DNA of 63,288 nt, the filler included. It is 5 parts of 5 records of this genome, joined end to end, with 100 filler letters (N's around TTAATTAATTAA, not from the genome) between each part and the next. Parts side by side here need not be neighbours in the genome. Positions count along the whole stretch, not along the records: positions 56,711 to 63,288 come from SRR31156797_694; 4 more parts are not named here. The stretch is one strand, 5' to 3'. Position numbers and translations under genes: made by a program. Shown in pieces: positions 60,801-63,288 of this stretch (position 1 is its first letter; each line of letters starts with the position of its first letter). A model generated the notes under the pieces. It ran no database searches and was not told the origin of the DNA. It saw nothing but the letters and a program-made list of their open reading frames with translations.

Positions 60801-62852
60801 TTCTATGATACTACGCATTCGTGCAGTTTCTTCTTCAATGCTTTGAGCCATATTATTAAAAGCTATTGCCAGAGCACCGATCTCATCTTTTGAATTAATA
60901 TCAATTTGATGTGAATACTCCCCTTTTCTCAAAATCTCAGTTCCATTTTCTAACTTTTCAAGAGGGTTAATAATTTTTTGTTTGAAAAAGAGAAAAACAT
61001 ATATGGCAAAAGAAATTGTAATAAATATTACAGAAGTTATTGCTATTACAATTGCTTGATTTTCCTTACGAATTAAGTTTAATTCATTAGTTGTTCTCCA
61101 TTCCAGTAAAGTAAAAAAATCATCGATATGTTTTTTTAAACGGGCTTTAATTAGATGATAATCTGAGCCATATAAGATTTGAAGTGCTTTTTGTGTGTCA
61201 GGTTCTCTTTTTATAGTAAAAAATCCTTTATTATCCTGGTATAAACCTTTTATCATATTGAATGCAATAGTTTCTAATGCAATTTGATTTTCCAATTCTT
61301 TTTTTACTTTGTAAAGAAGATTTTTTTCCTTATCAGTAAATTCAAGATTTTCTATTCTGCTTTCTATGCTATAAATTTCGCCATCTTCATCTAGAGTAAT
61401 AATATCAGCGGTTATAAAGTCCCAATAATATTGTGAAAAATATTTAGGCTGAGCACGTTTTCCATTTTGAATATCTAAAATGGCGTTGAAATATTCTTCA
61501 TACTGCGAGTTACCTGTAGCAACAAAACTAGTAACTAAATGAGTTAAATTGTATGATGTATGATCGAATTCGATAGCTAAATTATATTGTTTTGATTTGC
61601 GTGTCTCTATGATTGACTGCTCTTGAATACTCTCTAATAATATAGTTGCAAAAGCACCAATTGAAACAATTAAACCGGCAAAAAAGAAAAAAACTAAAAC
61701 TAAAGTATTTCGAATACTAAGTTGCTGCGGACGTCCTTTAAAATTCCAAAAAATGAGTAAAATAGTAAAAGTTAGTAGAAAAGACATTGCAATATATTTA
61801 GCAATAAAATTGATTTGATTAAACTCCTCTATTTCGGGCAAAATTAAATTATCCAGAGTATTTATTGACACTTGCCCATCAGAGTAGAAGAAAGAGGAAT
61901 CTAAGTCAATACGATCTATAAAATTTAAAAGGGCATACGACTCAACAATTTTATTATATCGAGATATTTCATAACTCCCCAGAGGGATAAATTCAGGTAG
62001 AATCATATTCCTTGTTTGAGTAGCTTCATATAACAGATGCTCTTTGCTCAAACCTTGAGTATTGTATTTCTCAAGAATTAAATCTATCATCTCCTCAGGG
62101 TGTTCCAAGGCATATTTCCAACCACGCTTCACAGCTCTCAGAACTTTGACAACTCTTTCTGGATTATTATTTATCTCTTTTTTAGTTGTAAAAAAATTAT
62201 CTCCATAAAAATCAACACCATAATCCCTTGGATTCAAAATGTTAATCAAGGCATTTCGTTGTTTAAACCAAAATGGTTGATCTGTAAGATAGGCATCCAT
62301 AAGATCAACTTTCCCATGTAACAAATCATTATTACTATATGTATGTGGAACAACTTCTACAGAGTCAAATGTACCAAGTGTTTTGAGGAGCATAGCAATA
62401 ATAGGAGCATCATTACTGCCTTTTAAATCTGCCATGATTTTTTTGCCCGGAAGATCATACGGAGTGTTAATTCCAGAATCCTTTAGAGTCATAAGTATTA
62501 ATGGAGAATGTTGAAATATTTGAGCTAAAAGTACAACAGGTTCACCTTGCAAACTATGTAGAACAAGTCCGGCATCAGCCACACCATATTCAGCTTTTCC
62601 TTCAATTACATCATCGATAAAGTTTGTTGAAAGGCTACGCTCACGAAATGAAACTTTCAATCCTTCATCTGCAAAATAACCTTTTTCTTTTGCAGCATAA
62701 TAGCCGGCAAATTGAAAGGCGTGCCACCATTTTAATTGAATTGTTATCTCTTCTTCAGCAAAGAGCTGTATTGGAAATATATAACTAATAAAAGTAATAA
62801 AGAGGCATGAAATTATTTTAAAATATTTATAATTTATTCGGATTATTTTCAT
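57837..62852 (-). CDS. Hybrid sensor histidine kinase: NMT1/THI5-like binding domain, second extracellular domain, HAMP, 2 PAS, HisKA, HATPase, 2 REC, Hpt
   Basis: QLKWWHAFQFAGYYAA, DEIGALA.AFN.M, FLANMSHEIRTPMN, NLVNNAIKFT, GGTGLGL, two REC Asp motifs, HTIKGLAGNIGA. Confidence 0.92.
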   Translation of the reverse strand: MKIIRINYKYFKIISCLFITFISYIFPIQLFAEEEITIQLKWWHAFQFAGYYAAKEKGYFADEGLKVSFRERSLSTNFIDDVIEGKAEYGVADAGLVLHSLQGEPVVLLAQIFQHSPLILMTLKDSGINTPYDLPGKKIMADLKGSNDAPIIAMLLKTLGTFDSVEVVPHTYSNNDLLHGKVDLMDAYLTDQPFWFKQRNALINILNPRDYGVDFYGDNFFTTKKEINNNPERVVKVLRAVKRGWKYALEHPEEMIDLILEKYNTQGLSKEHLLYEATQTRNMILPEFIPLGSYEISRYNKIVESYALLNFIDRIDLDSSFFYSDGQVSINTLDNLILPEIEEFNQINFIAKYIAMSFLLTFTILLIFWNFKGRPQQLSIRNTLVLVFFFFAGLIVSIGAFATILLESIQEQSIIETRKSKQYNLAIEFDHTSYNLTHLVTSFVATGNSQYEEYFNAILDIQNGKRAQPKYFSQYYWDFITADIITLDEDGEIYSIESRIENLEFTDKEKNLLYKVKKELENQIALETIAFNMIKGLYQDNKGFFTIKREPDTQKALQILYGSDYHLIKARLKKHIDDFFTLLEWRTTNELNLIRKENQAIVIAITSVIFITISFAIYVFLFFKQKIINPLEKLENGTEILRKGEYSHQIDINSKDEIGALAIAFNNMAQSIEEETARMRSIIESAADGIIIISSKGIINEFSPSAEKIFKYKAEEILNKNISLIIPDSDINKQNPNFTKPMDIFEAHDNGATKEVIGRKKSGSFFPMEISVAETIIKNERVFTGIVRDITERKINELEMLKLTSAVEQSPVSVIITDSEGNIEYINEHFTIVTGYLKNEVMGENPRILKSETHTDEFYEELWNTIAAGHEWKGEMQNKRKNGELYWEATSISPIFNSSNEIINYVGIKEEITERKRLEQEIITAKEKAEEATKAKSKFLANMSHEIRTPMNAVIGLTNLLLKTELNMKQSDYSSKILISAQNLLRIINDILDFSKIEAGKLEIESYDFKINDILDNLASVSSIKAFSKNLDIIISRDKKIPYYLVGDPIRVGQILLNLVNNAIKFTEKGDIIVKVELHEETNENIILKFSVKDNGIGLKEEEMKKLFKAFSQADSSTTRRFGGTGLGLKISKQLVELMKGDIWVNSEQGKGSCFEFTICFKKSNKKISELEQIPKELLNIKILIADSNNEQVDIIENYVEQFGLKYKKVNSKEQMIDILKNEDFDLIFIDNKMPNSNGIDTYIDLKENITKKTPNTILLTYFGNNEVIDKALQSGINDVLVKPINRSIIFDTIISNFGSEYAKQIRKTEKLENKPAGFQEIKGAKILLVEDNEINQQVARDSLEIEGFWVTVVSNGKEAINNIKEQMQNKEPLYDLVLMDLQMPIMDGYEASRKIRNELKITTDNLPIIALSADAMKKTVTLVKDAGMNDYLSKPLDVNKLLHVLQKWIKPGNREVNSISSKNHTNNYFHEYKYIKDLNYEKAIARLGKNHTLYNDVLKNFKNSKQNFFEDFQNSIDNNDIESAKRLVHTIKGLAGNIGAYQLQDMFLKLESLINKDETQSKEYFATLTNTRILFTDILEQIQRTFEDEPIIEISNKEIDHNLLGEKLSTLNQSLEYYNSNSKVIFNEIKDILMGSKYMQEFEKLEDFIDEYEYDEALVELERINKLLKK

Positions 62853-62962
62853 TTTTACTCCTCCTGAATTATTCGGTGATTACTTCTAATCCTATCAATA
62901 TTATACGATTAATAATTAGTTTTCCTTTACAAGAAAGACAGTAAAAAAATAATTAAATAAGC

Positions 62963-62992
62963 AAAAGGAGCGTCTCTCGACACTCCTTTTTT
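62963..62992 (-). terminator. Intrinsic terminator after hcp (possibly bidirectional)
   Basis: Minus strand AAAAGGAGTGTC-GAGA-GACGCTCCTTTT with a GNRA loop. Confidence 0.8.
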
Positions 62993-63089
62993 GATCCCTG
63001 GGATTTAGCTTGCTAAATCCTTATCTATTTAATAATAACCTCTTAAATAGTTTATTTATTTTTTAATAATTAATTATTAACTGTATATC

Positions 63090-63288
63090 CTATTCACCCA
63101 TGAACATTTTGATATCGTCAGATACGTTAGTGATTCCACCGATTCCAAAGTTTTCAACTAATACGTTAGCAACGTTTGGTGATAAGAATGCCGGTAATGT
63201 TGGTCCTAAGTGAATGTTTTTAACACCAAGGTGTAATAAAGCAAGTAATACGATTACAGCTTTTTGCTCATACCATGCGATATTATAT
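63090..63288 (-). CDS. hcp: Hybrid cluster protein (hydroxylamine reductase), C-terminal end only; absent from the ORF track
   Basis: Manual translation [65 protein letters not shown]. Confidence 0.93.
   Translation of the reverse strand, partial: YNIAWYEQKAVIVLLALLHLGVKNIHLGPTLPAFLSPNVANVLVENFGIGGITNVSDDIKMFMGE

Noticed and set aside
51042..62852. Pel biosynthesis regulated by the nearby HD-GYP/c-di-GMP relay
   Set aside because: A contig linker separates them and their composition differs; there is no evidence they share a genome.
1..63288. rRNA, tRNA, CRISPR arrays, prophage or complete defence systems
   Set aside because: None was recognised by eye. Almost all the sequence is explained by protein-coding genes and short intergenic regions.

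Overview
This window is not one locus. It is five unrelated contigs joined by artificial 100-nt linkers (N44-TTAATTAATTAA-N44) at 29748-29847, 41690-41789, 50368-50467 and 56611-56710. Contig 1 (1-29747, AT-rich, Bacteroidota-like) is a type IX secretion/gliding region: hutU, thioredoxin, ispF, porV, porU, porP-like, gldJ, murF, a second porP/sprF, two divergent giant T9SS substrates (2281 and 2012 aa), a FadL-like barrel with a disordered lipoprotein, and the start of proS. Contig 2 (29848-41689, higher GC, Spirochaetota-like) holds decayed gene fragments and a carbohydrate operon: class II aldolase, RhaB/FucK-like kinase, ABC importer, DthD/GolD-like SDR and ROK regulator. It also has an intact single-ORF IS66 with an 8-bp target duplication and a broken IS21. 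Contig 3 (41790-50367, Bacteroidota-like) encodes a TonB-dependent receptor with DUF4249, an omega-amidase, a TonB-plug fusion, an M48 protease, cinA and the start of rpmB. Contig 4 (50468-56610, Firmicutes-like) has the end of a Gram-positive pel operon, a convergent GH114-like hydrolase, and an MFS pump behind a structured attenuator leader. Contig 5 (56711-63288, very AT-rich) encodes a dual-sensor hybrid kinase, an HD-GYP regulator and the end of hcp. The best leads are (i) an isomerase-free alditol -> ketose-1-P -> DHAP + aldehyde operon whose aldolase ends in a microcompartment encapsulation-peptide-like helix, and (ii) the unassigned terminator-containing leader RNA upstream of the MFS gene. 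All family calls come from motif recognition, not database searches.
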